Origin: Candidatus Saccharimonadales bacterium
Lineage (GTDB): Bacteria > Patescibacteriota > Saccharimonadia > Saccharimonadales > UBA4665
Direction of reading: 5' to 3'
Assembly: GCA_035479955.1 (NCBI GenBank)
Contig: DATIIE010000015.1
Span: 2,268-66,267 of the forward strand
Length of the DNA stretch: 64,000 nt
Shown: positions 44,746 through 52,840 of the stretch, one piece after another
Position numbering within the stretch: position 1 is the first letter of the stretch
Layout of the letters: each line of letters opens with the position of its first letter
Position numbers and translations under genes: made by a program
The notes under the pieces: model-generated
What the model was told of the DNA's origin: nothing
The model's database searches: none
What the model saw: only the letters and a program-made list of their open reading frames with translations

Positions 44746-46392
44746 CTACATCATGCCCATGCCGGACATATCGGGTGCTCCGCCGGCATCTTTTTTCTCC
44801 GGGATTTCCACAACCAAGGCGCCCATGGTCATGCTGGTTCCGGCAATGCTTACAGCGTTGAGTAGTGCCTCTTTGGTTACGCGGGCTGGGTCAACAACAC
44901 CGTTCGCCTTGAGGTCTACCAGCTTAGCCGGGTTGTTTACGTTAACGCCATAGCCGGGCTTGCCTGCACGCACTTGTGGCAGCCATTCGTCGGGGTTGAG
45001 GCCGGCGTTGCTTAGCAAAATGCGGAACGGCTGTTCTAAAGCGTTCTTCAGTATCATCTTGCCGGCGGCAACAGCGGCGTCGTCATCGTTGCTGGAGGTA
45101 ATGGTAGCGCTCAGGTTAATCAGCGTTACGCCACCGCCAGGCACAATACCTTCAGAAAGTGCAGCCTTCACAGCGGCAACTGCGTCGTCTACGCGGAACT
45201 TCTTCTCTTCAATTTCGGTTTCGGTGGCGCCGCCAACTTTAATGACCGCAACCTTGCCAGAGAGAGCGGCGCGGCGCTGCTCGAGTGCCTGGCGCTCGTA
45301 GTCGCCGCTGGCGGCATCGATTTGGGCGTTGATTTGCTTAATGCGGGCAGTTACGTCGGCAGCTGCGCCAGCACCTTCCACAATGGTGGTGTCGTCTTTG
45401 CCGACGATCACCTTGCGGGCGGAGCCGATCATGTTCAGGTCAGCGTTTTCAAAGGTGTAACCACGCTCTTCAGAAATAACGGTGGCGCCGGTAAGGATGG
45501 CGATGTCGTCCATGATTTCCTTGCGGCGGTCGCCAAAGCTTGGGGCCTTAATGGCTACGGTGTTGAATACGCCCTTCAGGCGGTTCAAAATCAGCGTGCC
45601 CAGGGCTTCGCCTTCAATGTCTTCGGCAATAATTACTAAGTCTTTCTTGCCGGACTGTGCCAGTTTTTCAAGGATCGGCAGGAATTCCTGGATAGAGCTG
45701 ATTTTGCGGTCGGTAATAAGCACGGCAGGCTTGGTGTATACAGCTTCCATGCGGGCAGTGTCGGTAACCATTAAGGCGCTGACATAGCCCTTGTCGATGG
45801 TGAAGCCTTCAACCACTTCACTTTCCAGTGAAAGGCCCTGGCCTTCTTCAACAGTGACCACACCTTCGCGGCCAACTTTTTCCATAATGTCGGCGATCAG
45901 GTCGCCAATTAGGGCGTCGCCGGCGCTAATGGTAGCAACTTCGGCAATACGGCCCTTCTTGCCCTGGATGTCTTCACGCATGCCTTCTAATTTGCTCAGT
46001 ACGTCCTGGGCGGCAGCTTCTAAGCCCTTCCTGAGTAACATTGGGTTGTGGCCAGCAGCAATCAGCTTGTTGGCTTCGTTCAAAATGTGGTAGGTCAGCA
46101 CGGTTACGGGGGTGGTGCCGTCGCCGGCTACATCGTTCATTTTGCTGGCGGCTTGCTTAATCAGCTCGGCGCCAACTTTGTAGCCTAGGGTCTCGTCGTC
46201 GGCGTCAGCAATTTCCACGCCCTTGGCAACGGTTACACCGTCGTGGGTTACGGTTGGGCTGCCGTAGCTTTTGCTAATAACCACGTTGCGGCCTTTGGGG
46301 CCCATGGTTGTCTTTACAGCGTTGTATAAAATTTCGGCACCGGCCAGCACGCGCTTGCGGGCGTCGTCATCGTAGAATACTTTTTTTGCCAT
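44746..46392 (-). CDS. groL: Chaperonin GroEL
   Basis: TMGPKGRNV, THDGVTVAK, AGDGTT, GIVPGGG, GGAPDMSGMGMM tail. Confidence 0.98.
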   Translation of the reverse strand: MAKKVFYDDDARKRVLAGAEILYNAVKTTMGPKGRNVVISKSYGSPTVTHDGVTVAKGVEIADADDETLGYKVGAELIKQAASKMNDVAGDGTTPVTVLTYHILNEANKLIAAGHNPMLLRKGLEAAAQDVLSKLEGMREDIQGKKGRIAEVATISAGDALIGDLIADIMEKVGREGVVTVEEGQGLSLESEVVEGFTIDKGYVSALMVTDTARMEAVYTKPAVLITDRKISSIQEFLPILEKLAQSGKKDLVIIAEDIEGEALGTLILNRLKGVFNTVAIKAPSFGDRRKEIMDDIAILTGATVISEERGYTFENADLNMIGSARKVIVGKDDTTIVEGAGAAADVTARIKQINAQIDAASGDYERQALEQRRAALSGKVAVIKVGGATETEIEEKKFRVDDAVAAVKAALSEGIVPGGGVTLINLSATITSSNDDDAAVAAGKMILKNALEQPFRILLSNAGLNPDEWLPQVRAGKPGYGVNVNNPAKLVDLKANGVVDPARVTKEALLNAVSIAGTSMTMGALVVEIPEKKDAGGAPDMSGMGMM

Positions 46393-46404
46393 GTGTGGAG
46401 TCTC

Positions 46405-46674
46405 CTATTTAATTGTGGCGATGATGTTTTTGTGGAAAACAACGGTAAACTCTGCACCGTCGACTTTAACAGTCGTGGATTCGTACTCGTTTTTGTACAG
46501 CACGCGGTCGCCCACTTTTACAGCGGTTACTTCCGGGCCAACAGCTACAACTTTGGCTACCTTTGGCTTTTCGGCTGCGCCGCTCGGCAAAAACAAGCCG
46601 CTGGCGGTTTTAGTTTGGGCTTCCTCAGCCTGTACTACTACATATTCTGCAAGAGGTTGCACAGGAATACTCAT
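46405..46674 (-). CDS. groS: Co-chaperonin GroES
   Basis: QPLAEYVVV, TASGLFLP..A.EKP, VKVGDRVLY; AAGGGAGGA RBS. Confidence 0.96.
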   Translation of the reverse strand: MSIPVQPLAEYVVVQAEEAQTKTASGLFLPSGAAEKPKVAKVVAVGPEVTAVKVGDRVLYKNEYESTTVKVDGAEFTVVFHKNIIATIK

Positions 46675-46709
46675 CTCTATCCTCCCTTAATAAGTGTTCG
46701 TTGAGAACG

Positions 46710-46736
46710 CTAGCACTTTGCATGCATGAGTGCTGA
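46710..46736. promoter_or_regulatory. CIRCE element 1 (HrcA operator)
   Basis: CTAGCACTT-N9-GAGTGCTGA versus consensus TTAGCACTC-N9-GAGTGCTAA. Confidence 0.85.
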
Positions 46737-46740
46737 CGCG

Positions 46741-46767
46741 TTAGCACTCACTATATCGAAGTGCCAA
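46741..46767. promoter_or_regulatory. CIRCE element 2, overlapping the groES -10
   Basis: TTAGCACTC-N9-AAGTGCCAA; minus-strand promoter TTGACG-N17-TATAGT at 46778-46750. Confidence 0.85.
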
Positions 46768-46802
46768 CCACGCGTCAAGATTACACACGGCTGCTTAAAA
46801 AA

Positions 46803-47873
46803 TCAAGTGCGGGCTGTGCTGCTAGGTACGTCGCCAGGCTGCGGCTCCCGGCCCTCGCTCACTTCCTGGCGAGTGCGCTCCAGCACGATTTTATAGGTGC
46901 GGTCGAGCACGCTACGGTGCGGCGAATCAGATTGGCTCAGCGCCATATGATACTGCTCAAACAACGTATCCAGCTCAAACATAAACCGTTCCTCAGGTGT
47001 ATTAGGGCGCTGGTCAGCCGGCAAATTAGGATAAACATAGTCACGCATAGACAAGCGCACTCTGTAAAATTCCTGACGGAGCGACAATACCAACTGCTCG
47101 GGCACCGGATCATCCGGACCTGTCTTGTCTAGTAAGTCTTGGATGCTCGTGCCCTCTTCCATGTCGTGGACAATAATCTTACCTTCCTTCTCGCTGGTAG
47201 CCACATTCTTAAACTGCGGATCGCCATGGACCATGCCTTTTTCATGCAAGGCCAACATCATTTGCACGGCAGGTTGCAAGCGCTCGGCAACTTCGCCAGC
47301 CTGGATGCCACGCCAGTTTTCAGCGACGAGGGTAGATAGCTCATCCAGGTGCTCTGTCACTAAGTAATACCGCGGAACTTCGCTCCAACGGTCTGCAATA
47401 ATTGCCAGCGGCGTTAAGGTAGACAGCCCTTGTTGGCGTGCCCGCTGCAACATACCTACTTCCTGCGCTAGGTTACTGCCCTCGTTTAGCATGAACGGCT
47501 TCACCGCCACTAACCGGGTGTCCACCACTGCCCCGTCCGCAGACGCCATGCGCAGTTCTCCTAAAAATGTGCCGTGGTATGACTCTTCATGTCCCATCTC
47601 TAGCAAAGGCTTGCGGGCAAATGTCAGCTCGGCGGGCCCTTTTTCGCCATGGTCCCGAAAAGGCGCCAATACATCTGGTGAAAAGTTGGTATTGTCAAAG
47701 CGCTGAGCTAATTGGTCTGATGCTATATGCCCATTGTGGTCGAGCCGGGCGGCCATATCTGGCATAGTGCCAGATAGCCGGGCGTTGTGCATGCCCAAAC
47801 GGTCTATGAACGCCTGCTCCTGATGGGACGGCGAACGCAGGCTTTCGCCAGGCTGCAAATTTTCCATGCGCAT
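46803..47873 (-). CDS. Protein-kinase-like fold protein (Kdo/RIO/APH-like)
   Basis: VAVKPF (Lys), QEV (Glu), LVTEHL hinge, LHEKGMVHGDPQFKNV catalytic loop, HDME; ATG lies 1 nt after the upstream stop. Confidence 0.82.
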   Translation of the reverse strand: MRMENLQPGESLRSPSHQEQAFIDRLGMHNARLSGTMPDMAARLDHNGHIASDQLAQRFDNTNFSPDVLAPFRDHGEKGPAELTFARKPLLEMGHEESYHGTFLGELRMASADGAVVDTRLVAVKPFMLNEGSNLAQEVGMLQRARQQGLSTLTPLAIIADRWSEVPRYYLVTEHLDELSTLVAENWRGIQAGEVAERLQPAVQMMLALHEKGMVHGDPQFKNVATSEKEGKIIVHDMEEGTSIQDLLDKTGPDDPVPEQLVLSLRQEFYRVRLSMRDYVYPNLPADQRPNTPEERFMFELDTLFEQYHMALSQSDSPHRSVLDRTYKIVLERTRQEVSEGREPQPGDVPSSTART

Positions 47874-47874
47874 G

Positions 47875-48522
47875 TTAAATCCCACCCCCACCTTCCTGTA
47901 ATTGTTGGCCGAGCGCCAGGAGCTGCTTCTGCTGGAACAGGCCGGGCAACTGGGAAAGTTCATCGACTATACCGTGGGCAAAATCATCGCGGCGCGCTGA
48001 TGGGTCGAAGTTATATGGCGGAAGCAAGAATACGCCGATGCCGTCCGGGGACTGCACATCTGGCGCAAAAGCGAAACGGTCAATAAGCTGCACGCCTTCT
48101 ATAGGTGCTATGCCGCCTAGGCCGCTGTCGTATGCGGTCCGATGCGCTTCGCCCACCATTCGGAGCAAGCGGCCATACTTCTCTGGATGAACGGCAATCA
48201 GGTGGGCGCTATCCCCTAGTGTGTGGGTGCCTGGTGGAATCAGCCACAAACCAATGCCAGATTCGCTGCCCACCTTTGTTGGCACAGGCACAGCATTGTC
48301 GGCAAGCCGCGCCCGCCATAAGGCGTCTGTGCCATTTTCGGGCACAGCCAGTATGCGTACGCCATATTCAGACGATACGAACTCTGCTAGCTCATGCCCT
48401 TCTGCATGCCCCACAATAATGCGGCGGCTAAGAGCCACGGGCTCCATAGGTATGCCGGCCGTTGTAAGTGTCGCCAAAATATCGTCTGCACCGGCACCGG
48501 GTCGCTTCTCCCTTGAACTCAT
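47875..48522 (-). CDS. Hypothetical protein, possibly a degenerate kinase-like fold, co-transcribed with the kinase
   Basis: TATAGT 6 nt before ATG; VPVP, IPPG..TL, Y..L...VG; no HGD/DxE motifs. Confidence 0.6.
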   Translation of the reverse strand: MSSREKRPGAGADDILATLTTAGIPMEPVALSRRIIVGHAEGHELAEFVSSEYGVRILAVPENGTDALWRARLADNAVPVPTKVGSESGIGLWLIPPGTHTLGDSAHLIAVHPEKYGRLLRMVGEAHRTAYDSGLGGIAPIEGVQLIDRFAFAPDVQSPDGIGVFLLPPYNFDPSARRDDFAHGIVDELSQLPGLFQQKQLLALGQQLQEGGGGI

Positions 48523-48566
48523 GCCCTAACTATACCATCTGTTAGCTGTGCCCTATAATGGTGCCT

Positions 48567-49367
48567 ATGCCTAAAAAAATACTCATGACTCCAGCCGATT
48601 ATTTCGGCATCGAATACGAAATTAACGCCTGGATGCACGAGGAAAACCAGGTCAACCATGCCATCTCTGTTGAGCAGTGGCAAAAGGTGTACGACATCTA
48701 CACCAAACAACTTGGCTGGGAGGTGGTGCTGGCTGACCCGGTAAAAAATTTACCCGACATGGTGTTCTCCACCGACTGCTGCCTTATGATTGGCGGCAAA
48801 ATTTTGCTCAGCAGCTTCCGCTTCCCTGAGCGCCAACCCGAAACCGAACACTTTAAAAAATGGTTCGAGGCCAATGGCTACGGCTCGCAAATGAAACAGG
48901 CCGTGCACCGTTTTGAAGGCGGCGGCGACAACTTAGTGTGCGGCAATAAAATTCTAGCTGGCTACGGCTTCCGCTCCGACCCTGAGGCCGCCCAGGAAAT
49001 GCGTGATTACTTTGGCCTTGAGGTTGTGCCGCTGCACATCGTAGACCCGTTCTTTTACCACCTAGACACTTCTGTTGCCGTTTTAAGTAACGACACTGTC
49101 GCCTTCTACCCTGCCGCCATCGACGAAGACAGCCAAAAACGCCTGCGCGCCGCCATACCAAACGTGATTGAAGCCACACTGGAAGAAGCCCAAGGCTTTG
49201 GCCTGAACGCGGTAAGCGACGGCAAAACTATTATCACCAGCGACGAATCACAGAGCTTGCTCGACAAATACAAAGCAGCAGGCTTTGAAGTTATTGGCAC
49301 GCCCATTTTGGAATTCCGCAAATCCGGCGGCGGCGTTAAGTGTATGACGCTGGAACTGCGCAGCTAA
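48567..49367 (+). CDS. Amidinotransferase/DDAH/arginine deiminase superfamily protein
   Basis: M.P.DYFGIEYEINAWM, LPDMVF..D, FEGGGD, FYHLDT, GGGVKCMT; start MPKK 7 nt after TATAAT. Confidence 0.92.
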   Translation: MPKKILMTPADYFGIEYEINAWMHEENQVNHAISVEQWQKVYDIYTKQLGWEVVLADPVKNLPDMVFSTDCCLMIGGKILLSSFRFPERQPETEHFKKWFEANGYGSQMKQAVHRFEGGGDNLVCGNKILAGYGFRSDPEAAQEMRDYFGLEVVPLHIVDPFFYHLDTSVAVLSNDTVAFYPAAIDEDSQKRLRAAIPNVIEATLEEAQGFGLNAVSDGKTIITSDESQSLLDKYKAAGFEVIGTPILEFRKSGGGVKCMTLELRS

Positions 49368-49380
49368 AACCTGGCAACAG

Positions 49381-49662
49381 CTAGGCGCGCTGTGCTTCGG
49401 CGTTCATAAGCCCGGCTAGTGCTTCGACCGGGAGTGAGCCACGCTCTTGCCCCCAGCGGATACTTACCAGGTCTTCACCTAAAATTATAGAGTACGGCGG
49501 CACTACTTCGTCGGGCGATGATATCACCGGGCCAGGCCGGCCTTCAGCCCATTCGCCGCGGGCAAAATCTACAGCTTCACGGAGCGCATCTACGCCAACA
49601 TGGTCGGCAACGCGTCCGAATAAATCAAAAGCTAAGTATCTCTCTTTGCCAGCCTCGTTCAT
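49381..49662 (-). CDS. Small acidic protein, putative EndoU immunity protein
   Basis: 93 aa directly downstream of the EndoU gene; own promoter TTTACG-N17-TATAAT (49699-49671). Confidence 0.6.
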   Translation of the reverse strand: MNEAGKERYLAFDLFGRVADHVGVDALREAVDFARGEWAEGRPGPVISSPDEVVPPYSIILGEDLVSIRWGQERGSLPVEALAGLMNAEAQRA

Positions 49663-49699
49663 GAATTGTGATTATATACTCTTTAAGTGTTTTCGTAAA

Positions 49700-50488
49700 C
49701 TACTTATGTAGGTTCTGCTGGCTGGCCGGGCTACCAGTGGCGTGCGCCCACATCTGCTCTGGCTCCAAATCCATAATGCCCTTTTTGCCGGAAATCATGG
49801 GGAATGCTGCCTTCACCCGCTTAGTGTCGGCATTTAATATCAAGCGGATAGGCATTTTTGAGACACCGTCAATTAATACCGCTTCGCCTTGTGTAACGAC
49901 CACTGGTTCGCCGTACGAATCTACTGAAGCGCGTGCTTTTGATTCGTCTTGCGTGTTAACGGCCTGGCGAACCGCTTGCGCCACGCCCAGCGCATCATAC
50001 TCATTCGGGAACATGGCGTTGCGGGTATGCATGAGGTGCTGTTCGCCGTTCGGTGCTTTGGTAAGCTGCATTTTCGGGCGGCCGTCCAGGGCGATTTTTG
50101 CGAGGAACGGTTCGGCTGGGCGCTCTTTGTACCAACGGCTGTGGGCGCTGTTGGCGCCTTCAAGGTGGGAGCGGTCCACTTCCCTTGCCGGCACTTCTTC
50201 ACCATTGGGCAGCGTAACATTACCCAACACTTTGCCCGATGGCTCGTGGTGAAAGCCGCCGGTTTCCACGTCGCCCGCAAAAGTGTGCATAAGGCCGTCC
50301 ACCCCTTCTGCTGGACGGTAATCGAACATATCGATGATGCCAGAATCGTGCGCGTAGTCGTAATCTACACCAAACAGCTCTTTTAGCTGCGCATCACGTT
50401 CTGGGGTAGAGGCGGCCTGCTCAGCCGGCGCCTGCGCGGGTGCGGTGGCTACATCTGGCTGGGGTATGGTGCGTACTGCTTCGCTCAT
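49700..50488 (-). CDS. Bacterial EndoU-family ribonuclease (toxin-type) with a disordered A/P/Q leader
   Basis: HTFAG...GGFHH, AMFPNEY...VAQAVRQA, final I.LIL....VKAAFP. Confidence 0.78.
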   Translation of the reverse strand: MSEAVRTIPQPDVATAPAQAPAEQAASTPERDAQLKELFGVDYDYAHDSGIIDMFDYRPAEGVDGLMHTFAGDVETGGFHHEPSGKVLGNVTLPNGEEVPAREVDRSHLEGANSAHSRWYKERPAEPFLAKIALDGRPKMQLTKAPNGEQHLMHTRNAMFPNEYDALGVAQAVRQAVNTQDESKARASVDSYGEPVVVTQGEAVLIDGVSKMPIRLILNADTKRVKAAFPMISGKKGIMDLEPEQMWAHATGSPASQQNLHK

Positions 50489-50566
50489 GTGTTTGTTTCG
50501 CTATTTACATCTTAATTATTAGCATAAAGGCGATGGAATGTCAATTATGTGGCACGCCAGCAACTG

Positions 50567-51277
50567 CTAATTAATGTGCCGCAGCGTCATACCAAAAAGC
50601 CGGCGGTACAGTTTCACTTCTTTATTCGGGTCGTTGCCGTTGTGGGCGAACCGGGCAACGGTGAGTACATGATTTCCGTCCCGTTCCACCACGCGCACCG
50701 GCCCCCAATATGTGCGCGACTTAGCGCCCACATAGCGTGAGTAAAACGGCCCTGACATGCCCGTGTTGCGGCGCACAGCATTGCGCGCCCAGCCGTTGTC
50801 GATATACACGCGCAGGTCGCGGTAGAAATGGCTTTCCAGCCGCTCTGTTTCTGCAGCGTCGGGCACTATGTCGCCCAGCACGCCGGCCACCTGCGGGCGC
50901 AGGTCAACCACGCGCACTACTTTTTCGGCGTCGGTGGTCAGTTCAGCACCGTCAACTACATACAGGCCTTCGCCCAGCAGTGGCTCCATATGTGTGAACT
51001 GTTCTGCCGGAACCTCTACCCCGCTTATCGGCGTGGCGGTTGTGAATGCCTCTGGCACAGGCAGCGCAACTTCGGGGTTACCTTCGGCAGACACGCCCGG
51101 GGCGGACAGTATAAGGTCATAGCCTTCATGCACAGCCAGCTCTGCGATTATCCCGGCCATCTGGCCATACTCATACGATCGGGGGTGCAGCGCTTTTAGC
51201 TCCGCGCATAAACTCGTAATATACGCAGCAGCAACTGGGTCACATTCTGGCGGGTGGTTGTTTATCTCTACGCCCAT
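50567..51277 (-). CDS. Orphan; C-terminal about 95 aa possibly RelE/ParE-like
   Basis: Two helices then FYSRYVGAKSRTYW...VLTVARFAH...LY, echoing the RelE YRLRVGDYRIIY...V.VL.VGHR..IY order. Confidence 0.55.
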   Translation of the reverse strand: MGVEINNHPPECDPVAAAYITSLCAELKALHPRSYEYGQMAGIIAELAVHEGYDLILSAPGVSAEGNPEVALPVPEAFTTATPISGVEVPAEQFTHMEPLLGEGLYVVDGAELTTDAEKVVRVVDLRPQVAGVLGDIVPDAAETERLESHFYRDLRVYIDNGWARNAVRRNTGMSGPFYSRYVGAKSRTYWGPVRVVERDGNHVLTVARFAHNGNDPNKEVKLYRRLFGMTLRHIN

Positions 51278-51407
51278 AGTTCGTACCTATATGGCGTACG
51301 ATAGCACTTCGGGCGGGCACAAGAAATATATTGTGATATATATCACTAACTCCCCTGTTATGAGAGGGGCAAATTCTGTAGTATGTAGGGCTTTGGCAGG
51401 TGGGGGG

Positions 51408-52772
51408 TTAGCGCTTCTTTTTGAGCGCTTTCAATGTTTTGCGGGCCACGGCGATTTCGTCGTAATCGCGCTTTACGGTACGGCGCGGGTCGCTGTCGTC
51501 TTGTTGGAGATGGCGCAGCTCAGCTGCCTTGGGGCCGTTGCTAAGGATGGATTTCTCGTGCCCCTTGCCCAGCAGCAGTACAATGTCGCCCTTCTTGGCC
51601 ATGCCAATGGCGGTTTGCACCGCTTCTTCACGGTCGTGCACTAGGAATAAGTCGCGACCGCGTTTCTTGCCGGTCTTCTCTGCCCCGCTGGCGATTTGCT
51701 CTAAAATCTCCTGGCCGTCGATGTCGCGGTCGTCCTCTTCGGTCACGATTACCACGTCAGTGCCTTGGCCAGCAGCCTGGCCTTGCAATGCGCGCTTGGC
51801 TTCGTCGCGGCGCCCGGCCGAGCCGAACACAGAAATGATGCGGCCCGTAGCCAGCGGCCGTACTTCCTTGAACAATTTTTCAAAACTTTCGGGCGTGTGG
51901 GCGTAATCTACAATGACGCTAAAGTCTTGGCCTTCGTCGACGTGGGTCATGCGGCCTTCCACGGCGTGCAAGCTGGCGATGCCTTTTTCAATTTGCTCGC
52001 GGCTTAGGCCAATGGCCCGGCCAACGCCCACAGCTGCCAGCGAGTTGTACACATTGAAACTGCCTGGCAGGTTACATGTAATGTGGTATTCGTCGCCGTC
52101 AATTTTGGCAACGTAGGTGCTGCCGTTTGGCGTCAGCTTAATATCATGGGCGCGCAGGCCGCCTTTTTTCACGCCGTATAAAATTGGGTTTTTAACGGCT
52201 GAGGCAAACAGCTCACCGTTCGGGTCGTCGGCGTTAGCCACGCCCACGCGCAGGCCGGCACGGTTGCGGTCGGTTTGTTGGAACAGCATGCGCTTGGCTT
52301 TGCGGTAGTTTTCGAACGTGCCATGGTAGTCCAAATGCTCGTGGCCCAAGTTGGTCAAAACAGCAACGCTGTACGGGATCGACCATACACGGTGCTGCGC
52401 CAGCGCGTGGCTGGTGGTTTCCAAAACAAGCCATTCAACTTTGTTGGCCTTCATTTTCACAATCTTGTTGATGAGCGAGCCCACGCTCAGCGTGGTCAAA
52501 CGCGAGGGGTTGGGCTGGGCACCCTTGCCGTCGCCGTAGTCCACCGAGATAGTGGTCATCATGCCCACTTTATGGCCGCTTTCACGCAGCATGGCAGTAA
52601 TAAGCGTGCTGGTGGTGGTTTTGCCGTCGGTGCCGGTTACACCGATGACCTTGATGCCTTTTGCCGGGAAACCAGCTTTGGCCTGGCGCAGCATGGCTTC
52701 GCCAAGATGGCCGACTGGCTCAATTTTACGAAATAATGAACGAGGGATGACTTTTTTAATGAGTGTACGCAT
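51408..52772 (-). CDS. murE: UDP-N-acetylmuramyl-tripeptide synthetase
   Basis: GVTGTDGKTTT, LETTSHAL, TNLGHEHLDYH, GRM, VDYAHTP, FGSAGRRD, GKGHE. Confidence 0.95.
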   Translation of the reverse strand: MRTLIKKVIPRSLFRKIEPVGHLGEAMLRQAKAGFPAKGIKVIGVTGTDGKTTTSTLITAMLRESGHKVGMMTTISVDYGDGKGAQPNPSRLTTLSVGSLINKIVKMKANKVEWLVLETTSHALAQHRVWSIPYSVAVLTNLGHEHLDYHGTFENYRKAKRMLFQQTDRNRAGLRVGVANADDPNGELFASAVKNPILYGVKKGGLRAHDIKLTPNGSTYVAKIDGDEYHITCNLPGSFNVYNSLAAVGVGRAIGLSREQIEKGIASLHAVEGRMTHVDEGQDFSVIVDYAHTPESFEKLFKEVRPLATGRIISVFGSAGRRDEAKRALQGQAAGQGTDVVIVTEEDDRDIDGQEILEQIASGAEKTGKKRGRDLFLVHDREEAVQTAIGMAKKGDIVLLLGKGHEKSILSNGPKAAELRHLQQDDSDPRRTVKRDYDEIAVARKTLKALKKKR

Positions 52773-52840
52773 GCCACAGAGTATAAGCCTATCTGTTACG
52801 CAGCGCCAGTCCCCTGTCCTTTTGTGGTATTATATGGCCA

